A stretch of DNA of 64,000 nt from Poseidonia sp. (GCA_030741355.1 JASLVM010000004.1:1889-65888); one strand, 5' to 3'. Counted from the stretch's first letter, positions 24,913 through 34,405 are shown. Translations and numbers: made by a program. The notes: a model not told the origin generated them from the sequence alone.

Positions 24913-25758
24913 ATGGACAGCGACCGTGAACAACGTATGGAAGCCCTCCGTGCAAGGGTGAAGGCAAAAAAAGAAGCCTCCCTAGCCGGCGAACCAGAGG
25001 AGGAACTGGTGGTTAGCACGGCAGAAATTGAGGCCGTCACCACGGAGGCAGAGGACGATTGGTACGCCATGATCGACCGAGATGCTGACCGGTGGAGAAA
25101 CCTCGCTGCAGCGCTCATCTTCATCGGGAGTCTTCTCGGGATGATCAGTGGTGCTTTGATTCTTCAAGGCAATCCAGCGGAACTGCTCAACACCTCGTTT
25201 TTCGCAGAAAGCGACACGGTTGACATCTCCGGCACAGCCTTGGAAGATGTGGATGGAAACGGGGTCGAAAACGTGTCTGTAGAACTCTTGGATGCGACAT
25301 CCAAAGCGGTCCTTCAGACAACCAGTACCGATGCTTTCGGCTATTTTTTGATGAGCAACGTGCAACAGGAAGTCCATGTCATCGTTTTCTCGAAAGAAGG
25401 CTACACGACCGTTGAACGGACGTTTGTACCCGATAACGTCGGCCTTGACCCTGTGACGATGAAGCCCGGAAACGGCACGAGGCAAGAAAACGACCAACAA
25501 TCCACCTCGGGTTGGACCTTGGATAACGCCGTTGGCCTCTCGACCGCCATTGGTTTGTTGACCATGGGTACGGCGCTGCTCGGCGTTCAAGCCGCTGCAG
25601 AAATCAGGAGAGGAAAGCACTACCGACGTAGTCAATACCTCGCAGCAGGTGCCCTCTTTAGTCGTGGCCTCATCATTGTAGGACCTGCCTTAATCCTGTT
25701 TGGAATGATTGTCAACCTCTTTGCAAAAGAGGACTTTGAAGACCAGCGAGAGGACTGA
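24913..25758 (+). CDS. Membrane protein with carboxypeptidase-regulatory-like (CarboxypepD_reg) beta-sandwich domain
   Basis: ATG at 24913 is preceded by AGGAGGG. The segment ISGTALEDVDGNGVENVSVELLD...TDAFGYFLMSNV...FSKEGY fits the CarboxypepD_reg pattern. It is flanked by transmembrane helices. Confidence 0.55.
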   Translation: MDSDREQRMEALRARVKAKKEASLAGEPEEELVVSTAEIEAVTTEAEDDWYAMIDRDADRWRNLAAALIFIGSLLGMISGALILQGNPAELLNTSFFAESDTVDISGTALEDVDGNGVENVSVELLDATSKAVLQTTSTDAFGYFLMSNVQQEVHVIVFSKEGYTTVERTFVPDNVGLDPVTMKPGNGTRQENDQQSTSGWTLDNAVGLSTAIGLLTMGTALLGVQAAAEIRRGKHYRRSQYLAAGALFSRGLIIVGPALILFGMIVNLFAKEDFEDQRED

Positions 25759-25760
25759 GC

Positions 25761-27128
25761 ATGTACCTGATCTCAGTCGAGGGTGGCGACGGGTCAGGAA
25801 AAGGCGAAGCCGCAAGAATTCTCGGTGAGCTGTTGAGTGAATTCCCGTTCCCAGAGGTCATGATGACCCACGAGCCACGGCGCCACAGCGAGTTGGGAAA
25901 GTTGGCCTTGCAATCGGTTAAACTTGGCAACAAAACACCGCTCGAGGAGGCTGGTCTCTTCGCCGCTGATCGGCTCGACCATTCCCACACCTTCATCCGC
26001 CCTTACCTCACCAAAGGGGCGGTCGTGATTTCGGACAGAAACATCCACTCCTCGCTCATTTACCAGGGTGTCGTGGGCGATTTGGGACTTGAAAAAGTGG
26101 CGAGCATGAACGCTGCAGCGATGATTCCAGATTTGGTCTTCTGGATCGATTGCGACCCAAAAAAAGCCATGAAACGCATCAAGTCAGGCACGCTGAGGAT
26201 GACCAGTCAAAAGCAGGAATATTTTGAAACACAGGAGATTCAAACCACCATACGCCAAGGATTCCACGACCTGTTCGGGCCATCGGGCGTAGTTCCAGCG
26301 CCGTTCAACCAGTGCTGCATCGTTGGCCCCATCATGAACGAGGGGGGACTGGACGAACTGAAAACAAAATTGAGAACCGAACTTCGCCGATTCTTCAACA
26401 AAAAACCGCTCCCCTTGAACGTAGACAGGGACGAAGTGGACCGAAATTTACTGAACGCCCTCGTACGGGATGTGAAGAAACAGCGTCGACTTCCAGGGGC
26501 CCCCCAAGAAAAGACCGCCATCCATATTGGCTGGTTGGGAGGAAAGTCTCCGGCTCACTGGATGCTGGAGGCCGAAGAAAATTGGCCGGTTGAATCAGCT
26601 CAGGAACACGACGTCCCCGCATCGCCTCTCGCTCATTCATGCTGGTCCATTCTTGGAACATTATCGCTCATGGTTGGTTCCAGCGAGGTCCCTCGCCTTC
26701 ACGCTGCCCTGGGGCCCGTTCGAATGGTCACCCAACGCCACACACAACGACTCATCAAATGGATGCTGGTAGAACATTGGGTTCACAAGCAACAAAACCA
26801 CACACCGTTCAGCGATGCTCAACTCTTCAAACTCCGAGAAGAACGCCTCGGTTTCGCCCGGCTCACCCTTGCCATGTGGCCACTTCGAACCCAACTTGCC
26901 TCATGGCGTCGAGCCAATCAGGACAAAGCATGGACATTGGCCCTCGATGACCTCTTCCATGTTGAAGAGGGACGCGAACTTTCCACGCACCTGAAGAAGG
27001 CCGTCCACGACATCAATCAGAGACTTGCCATCCTGACAAGTGGACACGAGGGGTGCCCGTTGCCAACAACGGCGCAAGAACTTCGTGCTTGGTGGTCGCT
27101 TGAGCCACCGAATCACTCGGATTCTTGA
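25761..27128 (+). CDS. Thymidylate kinase-like domain fused to a roughly 240-aa uncharacterised C-terminal region
   Basis: The N-terminus MYLISVEGGDGSGKGEAA is a P-loop, and SDRNIHSSLIYQG matches the Tmk DR(Y/F)xxSxxAYQ motif. The rest of the 455-aa ORF (Trp/His-rich) has no motif I recognise. Confidence 0.65.
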   Translation: MYLISVEGGDGSGKGEAARILGELLSEFPFPEVMMTHEPRRHSELGKLALQSVKLGNKTPLEEAGLFAADRLDHSHTFIRPYLTKGAVVISDRNIHSSLIYQGVVGDLGLEKVASMNAAAMIPDLVFWIDCDPKKAMKRIKSGTLRMTSQKQEYFETQEIQTTIRQGFHDLFGPSGVVPAPFNQCCIVGPIMNEGGLDELKTKLRTELRRFFNKKPLPLNVDRDEVDRNLLNALVRDVKKQRRLPGAPQEKTAIHIGWLGGKSPAHWMLEAEENWPVESAQEHDVPASPLAHSCWSILGTLSLMVGSSEVPRLHAALGPVRMVTQRHTQRLIKWMLVEHWVHKQQNHTPFSDAQLFKLREERLGFARLTLAMWPLRTQLASWRRANQDKAWTLALDDLFHVEEGRELSTHLKKAVHDINQRLAILTSGHEGCPLPTTAQELRAWWSLEPPNHSDS

Positions 27129-27883
27129 TCGGCGTTTCGGACCAGTGTGAACGAAGCATTTCCCGGCAGGAGTACTTGTCCTGCGCCATGGAATGCTTCT
27201 GCACGAGCGGAAAACATTGAGCACATCAAAATCCCCAAGCCCAATCCAAAGGGAATGCCGGTCAGGACGCGCTTGATGTTGGTGGATTCATACGGCGTCA
27301 ACAGTTGAAGGAAGCCATCAGCGATGAGCGGGAGGCAAAGCAGCATGCCGCAAGCCAACCAGAGCAACGTGCGTTGATTCTTCGCATAAACAGTGTGAAG
27401 CATCTGTTCGGGCAATAAGGAAAGGCAGGTGTCCCTGACCGTCCACCGATTCCAACCTCGTCTGGTAAAGACAGCACCGCCCAAAAATAGCCCGAAGAAA
27501 ATCCCGACATCGCGGGTACATACTGGAAGTTGGTTGTTGTTTACTTCCCACGAACGCTCGTGTTTTTGATGGCAGTTGACATCACCAAATGCGTAAATGA
27601 AAGCGGCATATGGGTTCACATCCGTCCACGAAAAAGACTCGTGCGTGTGGTTGCCCTCTCCCTCGTGCTCGTGAGGCATTTGGTTTTGATTTCCAGTAGA
27701 ACCAAAGCCGTCCTCATCGTAAAAATCGACGGCGTTTGCTCGACCCTCTATCGGACCAACCGTGCCCGCTTCGAGGGTGAAGGGGGCAAGAAAAAAAGAA
27801 ACCAGAAAAAAGGCGGAAACTCCCAGAACCCAATTCCCAACCTTTCTTTCTTTGCCACGGTCCTCGAGTCCGTTGCGCTCCAT
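27113..27883 (-). CDS. DUF2085-family membrane protein
   Basis: NCHQKHERSW...LPVCTRDVGIFFGLFLG matches the CHQ...R(S/T)...C-x-R-x-x-G signature of DUF2085. It has a His-rich loop PHEHEGEGNHTHES. The start was trimmed to ATG 27881-27883; the track start is TTG. Confidence 0.6.
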   Translation of the reverse strand: MERNGLEDRGKERKVGNWVLGVSAFFLVSFFLAPFTLEAGTVGPIEGRANAVDFYDEDGFGSTGNQNQMPHEHEGEGNHTHESFSWTDVNPYAAFIYAFGDVNCHQKHERSWEVNNNQLPVCTRDVGIFFGLFLGGAVFTRRGWNRWTVRDTCLSLLPEQMLHTVYAKNQRTLLWLACGMLLCLPLIADGFLQLLTPYESTNIKRVLTGIPFGLGLGILMCSMFSARAEAFHGAGQVLLPGNASFTLVRNADQESE

Positions 27884-27965
27884 ATTACGAACACCACTCC
27901 AAACCCTTTGATTCTTTTTGCGACCAAGCAAGCCTTCAATTCCCCCTTCCCTTTGAATCGGCTAC

Positions 27966-28598
27966 ATGGCCGAGGATGAACGACCCCGCATCGGCCTCAA
28001 AACCGGCCTCCAAGCCGGTGCATTCATCGGGTTGTTTCTCGGGTTTTCTCTCGCTGTTGTTTCGGCCCTGACGCAACCAGAAGCCCTCGTTCAATTGGTG
28101 CAATTGATGTGCATCACCCCGATCGCCTGCGCCATCTTTTTGGGACCGTTTCTTGGATGGCGACGTGCCCCGCAGGTGTCCAATGAAGACCCGATTGACA
28201 CCCTCCGAGAGTTGTTGAAACCCTTCAACGAAGGCCAGGGAAAATGGAGGGTTCTGAGCCACGTGAGAAGCGATGGTCGAACGGTTCGCATCGACCTCCA
28301 CAATTCCACCCAGCCGCTGACGATCGTCGCCGCCACCTTGGACCTGACCGAGCAACACCCGATTCGATACATCGTTGGACGTGGCGAATCGAGGAGCAGG
28401 GATCCCAAACTTCGGCAAAGCGTCCTGACCTACATTGAGCAGCATGTACCACTCAACCGTCGTCGACGAACGTCCTCGTCCGTCGAGGTCCTCCCTCCTT
28501 CTATCATCGAACACATGGAAGCCACTCACCGCATGCACCGTCGCCTGTTCTATCTCTTGCCCATCATCCTGTTCTTTGCCTGGCTCGAAATGCGATGA
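27966..28598 (+). CDS. Hypothetical membrane protein
   Basis: ATG start. There are two N-terminal hydrophobic helices and a C-terminal helix (LFYLLPIILFFAWL). The opposite-strand 310-aa ORF looks like an antisense shadow. Confidence 0.45.
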   Translation: MAEDERPRIGLKTGLQAGAFIGLFLGFSLAVVSALTQPEALVQLVQLMCITPIACAIFLGPFLGWRRAPQVSNEDPIDTLRELLKPFNEGQGKWRVLSHVRSDGRTVRIDLHNSTQPLTIVAATLDLTEQHPIRYIVGRGESRSRDPKLRQSVLTYIEQHVPLNRRRRTSSSVEVLPPSIIEHMEATHRMHRRLFYLLPIILFFAWLEMR

Positions 28599-28640
28599 GC
28601 CAACGCAACAGGCTATGAGGGAGGGGGGAATCCCCACAGC

Positions 28641-29633
28641 ATGGCGAACGACATCGGGCGAGCCATGGCCCGGCTCAAGCATCGTGATATCCGCACCCGT
28701 CGGCGTGCGGTTCGCACTTTGTTTGAACACGATGACCCTAATGTGTTGGAGGCCTTCAAGCCCCTGCTCGATGACGAGGACGGGTGGTTTGTTTCCAAAG
28801 CCCTCGATGCTTACCGTCAATGGGCCGCTCATGCCGGCCCGGGTGCCGTGGCCACCTTGCTTGAACATCGCTCATTGGAGGTCCGCAGAGCTGGTGCAAA
28901 CCTCCTCCCTTCCTTGGGCGAATCTGCCAAAGCCCCCGCCCTCTCAGCCTTGGAAGACGATGATGGTGTGGTGCAGAAAAAAGCAGCCCGTGCACTCCTT
29001 GTGTTTGATGAGGAAGAGATTGCTAATCGATTATCTGAGCATCCAAATGACGCCGTGCGTCTTCTCGGGATGAAACACCCCTCCGTATCCCACACGCATC
29101 TCAAAACGGCCCTCAACGACCGCAGTGATGGCGTTCGTTCAGCCGCTTTGGAATCGGTTCTGCAACACGGTATTGAAGTGGAGATTGAATCCCTCATCCC
29201 GTTTCTTCAAGCCAATCTCCAAACCGTCAAGATTCTGGCTTGGGTTGGTCAACATGCTCCCGAACGCTTGACTGAATTCACACCTCATCTCCATCGCCAA
29301 CACCTCAAATCTCTCAGCGACCACCTGCGAGAAAACGCAAAAGACAGCGAGGATGCTTTTCTTTCCAGCCTCTTGAATTCAGGCATGCTCGAACCGGTCG
29401 CCCGTTGGGTGCTTCGACAAGGTGCGTCTGAGGACGAACTCCGGTGGCAACTCATCAACGATGACCGCTTGGATATCATTGAACGCTCGAAACTCCTTGA
29501 GCGCTTGATTGGACGGGCACACGAACCGAGCATCATCGAGAAGGCAGCGGCCCTGTTGGCTTCCACGGATGAAGAACTCCTGAAGGTGGCGTGCGAGAAC
29601 CTATCAACCGCCGCATCCGAAGTTTCATCATGA
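28641..29633 (+). CDS. HEAT-repeat (PBS-lyase type) protein
   Basis: Repeated D-x-x-VR-x-x-A units are present (DIRTRRRAVRTL, SLEVRRAGANLL, DGVVQKKAARAL, NDAVRLLG, SDGVRSAALESV). The stop overlaps the next gene start (ATGA at 29630-29633). Confidence 0.65.
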   Translation: MANDIGRAMARLKHRDIRTRRRAVRTLFEHDDPNVLEAFKPLLDDEDGWFVSKALDAYRQWAAHAGPGAVATLLEHRSLEVRRAGANLLPSLGESAKAPALSALEDDDGVVQKKAARALLVFDEEEIANRLSEHPNDAVRLLGMKHPSVSHTHLKTALNDRSDGVRSAALESVLQHGIEVEIESLIPFLQANLQTVKILAWVGQHAPERLTEFTPHLHRQHLKSLSDHLRENAKDSEDAFLSSLLNSGMLEPVARWVLRQGASEDELRWQLINDDRLDIIERSKLLERLIGRAHEPSIIEKAAALLASTDEELLKVACENLSTAASEVSS

Positions 29634-31438
29634 GCGAGCAAGCGTCAGGACTCTGCTTCACGGCCGACGCCACACAAGGGGCACAACACCACCTACGTGC
29701 CGGTTTACGCATCGAGGGGCCGTTCACCTCAACTCGACTCGTGTTTCGCTTTCCACGTTGGGTTCCGGGCTCCTACTTTCTTCGGGAACCCATCCAACAC
29801 ATGTTTAATTTCACTGCGGTCGACCAAAACGACCGAGAATTGAACTGGAAACGAGTTGGCGTCGACGGCCTATCGGTCACGCTGAGAAAAGGCAGCACCG
29901 CCGTTTCCATCGAGTACATGCTGTTGGCCAAGGAATTGTCGGTTCGCTCCAACCACCTCGACACCACCCACCTTCATCTGATGCCTCCGTTCACCTGGTT
30001 TTGGCCCGAGCGAGGTGTTGACCCTGCCCGCTTGAACATGCTTCACAGCGTTGAACTCACCGCCCCAAGCGCATGGAGCCCTGCAACCCAACTCACGCTG
30101 GTTGACCAATCCACATCGGGGCCCAACGGTCGTTGGTCATTCACGGCCCAGGGCAGAGATCTGCTGTTGGACAGCATCATGGAAGTCAACCCGAACAAAG
30201 CCATCACCCACGACATTGATGGAAGGGTACACCACTTCAAGTGGTGGGACAGCGGAGGCCACCAACCCAACGCTGAACGGCTCCAAACCTTCGTTGATGA
30301 TATGGAAAAGATCGCCAAAGAACACCACGCACTTTTCGGAGTACCGGATTGGCCGGATTACACCACGGTGTTACACCTCACGGACACCGGCCGTGGTGGC
30401 TTGGAGCACATGAACTCGCAGACGTCAATGATGCCGAGAGCGTGCTTGTTTCCCGACCATGAGGACGAGTACAGGGACCTTGTCAGCCTCTTCTCCCACG
30501 AATATCTCCACCAGTGGAACGTCAAACGATTGCGCCCAAAGTGCTTCCTGGATTACGACCTCCAAAGCGAGGTACACACCGACCTCTTGTGGTGGTTTGA
30601 AGGCGGCACTTCGTGGTTGGGCGACATGATCTGCGTGCGTTCAGGTGCTTGGTCTGAAAAGGACTGGAGGCTTGATTTCGAACGAAAAATGAAGCGACAC
30701 ACCAATAGCAACGGCATGCACCGTGAATCGCTGGCTGAATCGAGTCATGATGCGTGGATACACCTCTATAGAAGCGGCCCTTACACGAGAGAGAGTCAAA
30801 TATCCTACTACCTCGAGGGCGAGTTGGCGATGATGTGCCTTGACGTTGAACTACGTCGCCGCAACGACAACACCTTCGGCGCTTGCGACCTCATGGCGGA
30901 ACTCGTCCGTCGGTTTTCCATCGACGCTGAGGAAGCCGAGGACCCCGGCGTGGACTACAACGACATTCGTGAAACGCTGAAAGCATCGCCTGGCGGAGCC
31001 TCCATGGGCCCGTATCTGGACCGCCTCGTCCGCCAACGCAACCTTCCAAACATACAACGCGCCCTGTCGTCCTTCCGTCTGAAATTGGTGCCTCACACCA
31101 GCGACAAGGAAGGGAAAGCCTGGCTGGGCGTGAACCTCCGCGAAACGGCTGGTCGCGTGCTCATCAGCACCTATCACGCTGGCTCTCCCCTTCGAGAATG
31201 CACGCAGGTTGGCGATGAACTCGTTGCCGTTGACGGCGTCCGAATCAAATCCTCTGCCCACTTGAAAAAACTCATCTCGGGTCGAACCGGCGACACCATC
31301 GAGCTTGAGGTTGTCCACGAAGGCATCGTTTCAAGCGTGACCGTCACCCTTCCCCCATCCCCACAACACGGAGTGACCCTCAGTGGAAAGGGCAATGCAC
31401 GCTGGAAGGCGTGGATTACAACGCGTCAGACGAACTGA
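29630..31438 (+). CDS. M61 glycyl-aminopeptidase-family protein with C-terminal PDZ domain
   Basis: HEYLHQWNVKRLRP matches the M61 HExxHxWN motif. The C-terminus has a PDZ-like segment (GVNLRETAGRVLISTYHAGSPLRECTQVGDELVAVDG). Confidence 0.8.
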   Translation: MSEQASGLCFTADATQGAQHHLRAGLRIEGPFTSTRLVFRFPRWVPGSYFLREPIQHMFNFTAVDQNDRELNWKRVGVDGLSVTLRKGSTAVSIEYMLLAKELSVRSNHLDTTHLHLMPPFTWFWPERGVDPARLNMLHSVELTAPSAWSPATQLTLVDQSTSGPNGRWSFTAQGRDLLLDSIMEVNPNKAITHDIDGRVHHFKWWDSGGHQPNAERLQTFVDDMEKIAKEHHALFGVPDWPDYTTVLHLTDTGRGGLEHMNSQTSMMPRACLFPDHEDEYRDLVSLFSHEYLHQWNVKRLRPKCFLDYDLQSEVHTDLLWWFEGGTSWLGDMICVRSGAWSEKDWRLDFERKMKRHTNSNGMHRESLAESSHDAWIHLYRSGPYTRESQISYYLEGELAMMCLDVELRRRNDNTFGACDLMAELVRRFSIDAEEAEDPGVDYNDIRETLKASPGGASMGPYLDRLVRQRNLPNIQRALSSFRLKLVPHTSDKEGKAWLGVNLRETAGRVLISTYHAGSPLRECTQVGDELVAVDGVRIKSSAHLKKLISGRTGDTIELEVVHEGIVSSVTVTLPPSPQHGVTLSGKGNARWKAWITTRQTN

Positions 31439-31859
31439 AGTCCGCAAAGGACTCGAGCGTGGCCAAGGGAACAAAAATTGGAGGCGAGTGATCTGAGAGC
31501 GTGTGTCGACTCGTTTTTGGTGGGAAACATTCACCCGAAAGCGCCATTTCGAGGACTTCGGTTTTGGTCAATGAATCTCGGCCACATCCAGGCCAAACGC
31601 TCACGTTGATACGCTCATCGTTGAGGTAATCAACGCAGAGTGCAGGCACTTGTTTGAGATTGAGCATGACAGCGATGGAATGGCGATGATGGCCGTCAAG
31701 AATGGTTCCTGTTTGCTTGTCCACCAACAAAGGCTTGGTGTAACCGCCCCAACGCTTGGTCATCTCGAGCAATTTGTCTCGATTTTTCTCCTTGATTTCC
31801 TCGTGAGGCTTCAACCATGCCAAAGGAACAAGGGTGACGTCTTCTTCATTCCACGACAT
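31416..31859 (-). CDS. ParB/sulfiredoxin-like N-terminal domain protein
   Basis: 147 aa with ATG start. LKPHEEI...LLVDKQTGTILDGHHRH is the ParB/Srx-fold signature (DGHHR). Confidence 0.65.
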   Translation of the reverse strand: MSWNEEDVTLVPLAWLKPHEEIKEKNRDKLLEMTKRWGGYTKPLLVDKQTGTILDGHHRHSIAVMLNLKQVPALCVDYLNDERINVSVWPGCGRDSLTKTEVLEMALSGECFPPKTSRHTLSDHSPPIFVPLATLESFADFSSSDAL

Positions 31860-31931
31860 TGCCCTTCGGAACCGCCCTCGTCACATAATGCTTTTTCATG
31901 GTCAGTCAAACAGAGCGAAAAGAGGGGAGGT

Positions 31932-33296
31932 ATGGTGGAAGGTCCGACACTGACCCGTGGTCTCTCTGCCGACCTTGATGGCGAACCTTGTCCACCACAA
32001 CTGATTCGCTGGCTTGCAACGCTTGACAATGACCTCCTTTCCCTGCTCGAGACCATCGCCGAGGAAGGCGAAGGGGCATGGCTCGTTGGTGGCTGTGTTC
32101 GCGATGCTTGGCTGGGAGCGCCATCGACCGATATTGACCTCTGCACCACCTGCACCCCCGACCGTTTGTTGACTCTTTTTGGCGAACGGGCCATCCCTAC
32201 AGGCGTGGACTTTGGCACGGTGACGATCAAAGGGCAAAACGGCCATTATGAAGTCACCACACTGCGTACAGAATCGCTCTACAGGGACGGGAGGAGGCCC
32301 GATCAGGTTGAGTGGGGTACCTCGCTCAGGGAAGATTTGAGTCGACGCGATTTCACCTTCAACAGCATGGCGGTTGATGTCGCACGTCAATTGCTGTACG
32401 ACCCTTACAACGGGATAAGCGACCTCCATACGAGAACCGTACGCGCCGTGGGCGATGCTGTTCTTCGATGCGAGGAAGACGCCCTTCGTATTCTGCGTGC
32501 ATATCGCTTCATGCGGCGGGACGACGGCCCCCTGTGGACCATGGAGCCGATGTTGCATGCGGCCATCATCAGACACCGTAACCGCTTGAACATGGTGGCC
32601 GTTGAACGACGTTGGATGGAGCTGAGAAAGATGCTCAACGCCTCTCGGCCCGGCGAAGTTCTTCAGCGGATGCAAGACGATGGCGTCCTGCGGTTTGTTT
32701 TCACAGATTTGGCCGTGCTCAACCCAACGCTCTTCCATCTTCTTGACCAACCGGCCCTTGATTCGCTGTCGCTGGCCCAACGGCTAGCGCTCTTGATGTG
32801 CGAACACGAAACAAAAAACGCTGTTTCACAATTGAACGCCTTACGAACATCCAGAGAACTGCAACGTTCGACCGCTTCATTCCATGAACAACTCGGGTAT
32901 TTGCCGGAGCCAAGAAAAGGCGCCCTTCGTGTGTTCAATCATGTGTTAGGGAGCGCAGCAAAACACCATCTTGATGTTCATCGAGCCATGACCGAACACA
33001 GCATCAACCTCCATACCGGTCTTCGCACATCCCTGGATGAGGTCGAAGAGCTGACCATGTTATGGAAGGAGATCGAACCTCCAACGGAGCCTCAAGCATG
33101 CTTGGTCGATGGGCACTGGTTGATGGCGAGAACCGGTACCGTTCAGGGCATGCGCTTGGGTCGCTTGAAGCAGTGGTTACACCGAATTCAAATCGAAGAG
33201 AACCTGAAAACCCTCGCTGATATGGAGGCTGCTCTAAGTAGACTTCCCTATGAACACGGCGAAGTTGATTCTTGGCCGAGACCTGCATTTCCCTGA
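31932..33296 (+). CDS. cca: Class II (bacterial/eukaryal-type) tRNA nucleotidyltransferase / CCA-adding enzyme family
   Basis: ATG at 31932 after GGGGAGG. GGCVRDAWLGAPSTDIDLCT, EVTTLRTESLYRDGRRP, RRDFTFNSMA and EDALRILRAYRF are class II Pol-beta nucleotidyltransferase motifs. Confidence 0.8.
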   Translation: MVEGPTLTRGLSADLDGEPCPPQLIRWLATLDNDLLSLLETIAEEGEGAWLVGGCVRDAWLGAPSTDIDLCTTCTPDRLLTLFGERAIPTGVDFGTVTIKGQNGHYEVTTLRTESLYRDGRRPDQVEWGTSLREDLSRRDFTFNSMAVDVARQLLYDPYNGISDLHTRTVRAVGDAVLRCEEDALRILRAYRFMRRDDGPLWTMEPMLHAAIIRHRNRLNMVAVERRWMELRKMLNASRPGEVLQRMQDDGVLRFVFTDLAVLNPTLFHLLDQPALDSLSLAQRLALLMCEHETKNAVSQLNALRTSRELQRSTASFHEQLGYLPEPRKGALRVFNHVLGSAAKHHLDVHRAMTEHSINLHTGLRTSLDEVEELTMLWKEIEPPTEPQACLVDGHWLMARTGTVQGMRLGRLKQWLHRIQIEENLKTLADMEAALSRLPYEHGEVDSWPRPAFP

Positions 33297-33340
33297 AAAT
33301 CCGGCATCAATTTGATGGGGGAAAGCGTATTGGTTGAAAC

Positions 33341-34399
33341 ATGGCGACCATTGAATTGCCCGAAAAAGCCATTTTTGAACAACGAGTCCAATCGATTTCA
33401 AATCGTATCAACGGGATCACAAAAAGCAACACGATGGCGGGTTTACTCAACTCCAATTTCAAGAAATGGCTTTCCAATTCAGCCATGTCGCCGGTCGCCC
33501 TCACCGAGGAACTTGACACCAACAACGACATGCGTATCTCTGGTGATGAATTCGCCTCTCTGCTTGGAAAAATGACCGGTGAGCGACCCCCCGAATGGGT
33601 GGTTGAAATCGTGTTTTCTTTTGTCGAAGCCAACCCGAAGGACGGCATCCCCATCGATGATTGGATGGCGTTTCTCGCAGCAAGTGGATTGGACATCCCC
33701 GATGAATTGTTTGAGGAGAAAATCGTAATTTCCGGTAGCATTGCGATTCTCGAGGAGAACATTGTGGCCGGTGAAACTTTCTCCGTCACGGTTTCCTTCA
33801 ACCATGATGTCGTGGCCTACGAGTTTGCGGTCGTGGACCAAAACTCAGGCCAATCCTTGGACAACATGCTGACCCCTAACGCGGATATGGATCGTCCTGA
33901 TTTTGATGAATTTACGCTAGAAATCGACGAACCTGGTTCCTATCTTGCTGAATTGAAGCACCTTGGCACTCGTTTGGACGCCCAAACCTTCGTGGTGGCG
34001 GCCAAGCCAACCCCTGAAGGCATGGCGCAGGATGCGCCGGAAGAAGTGGAGAAAGAAGAGCACCAAGTTCACGTTGAAATTGATGCCGAGGAAGGGTTTG
34101 ATGGCTTCATTGCCATGGTAGAAACAGCCAAACTTCGCAGCGATGCTCAGGCCATGATCGCCAAGGCACCCGCTTACATCGTCCACAGCAACATCAACGC
34201 CATCTCACGAACCTTGTTGGGTGAAGGCGAGTACAGGAATGGATACACAGCCCATTGCACCAACGATGGCGGAGCACAGTTCAGGGTGATGCTGAAACCC
34301 ACCGATGTTTTGCCTACCGTTGGGGAACGCTTTGAGAAAAACGTGGCGTTGCACAACTGGGATGTCGCTCTGAAGCAACTGATTTGCCGTGAACTCTGA
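33341..34399 (+). CDS. Hypothetical protein with EF-hand-like calcium-binding loop
   Basis: DTNNDMRISGDEFASLL fits the D-x-(D/N)-x-D-x-x-x-x-x-x-E EF-hand loop. The rest is acidic with no recognised domain. Confidence 0.5.
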   Translation: MATIELPEKAIFEQRVQSISNRINGITKSNTMAGLLNSNFKKWLSNSAMSPVALTEELDTNNDMRISGDEFASLLGKMTGERPPEWVVEIVFSFVEANPKDGIPIDDWMAFLAASGLDIPDELFEEKIVISGSIAILEENIVAGETFSVTVSFNHDVVAYEFAVVDQNSGQSLDNMLTPNADMDRPDFDEFTLEIDEPGSYLAELKHLGTRLDAQTFVVAAKPTPEGMAQDAPEEVEKEEHQVHVEIDAEEGFDGFIAMVETAKLRSDAQAMIAKAPAYIVHSNINAISRTLLGEGEYRNGYTAHCTNDGGAQFRVMLKPTDVLPTVGERFEKNVALHNWDVALKQLICREL

Positions 34400-34405
34400 G
34401 CGGGT

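Noticed and set aside
27936-28868. 310-aa minus-strand ORF opposite the membrane-protein and HEAT-repeat genes.
   Set aside because: It has shadow-ORF composition (Gly/Arg/Asp-rich, no hydrophobic core pattern or motif). The plus-strand ORFs have coherent transmembrane helices and HEAT repeats.
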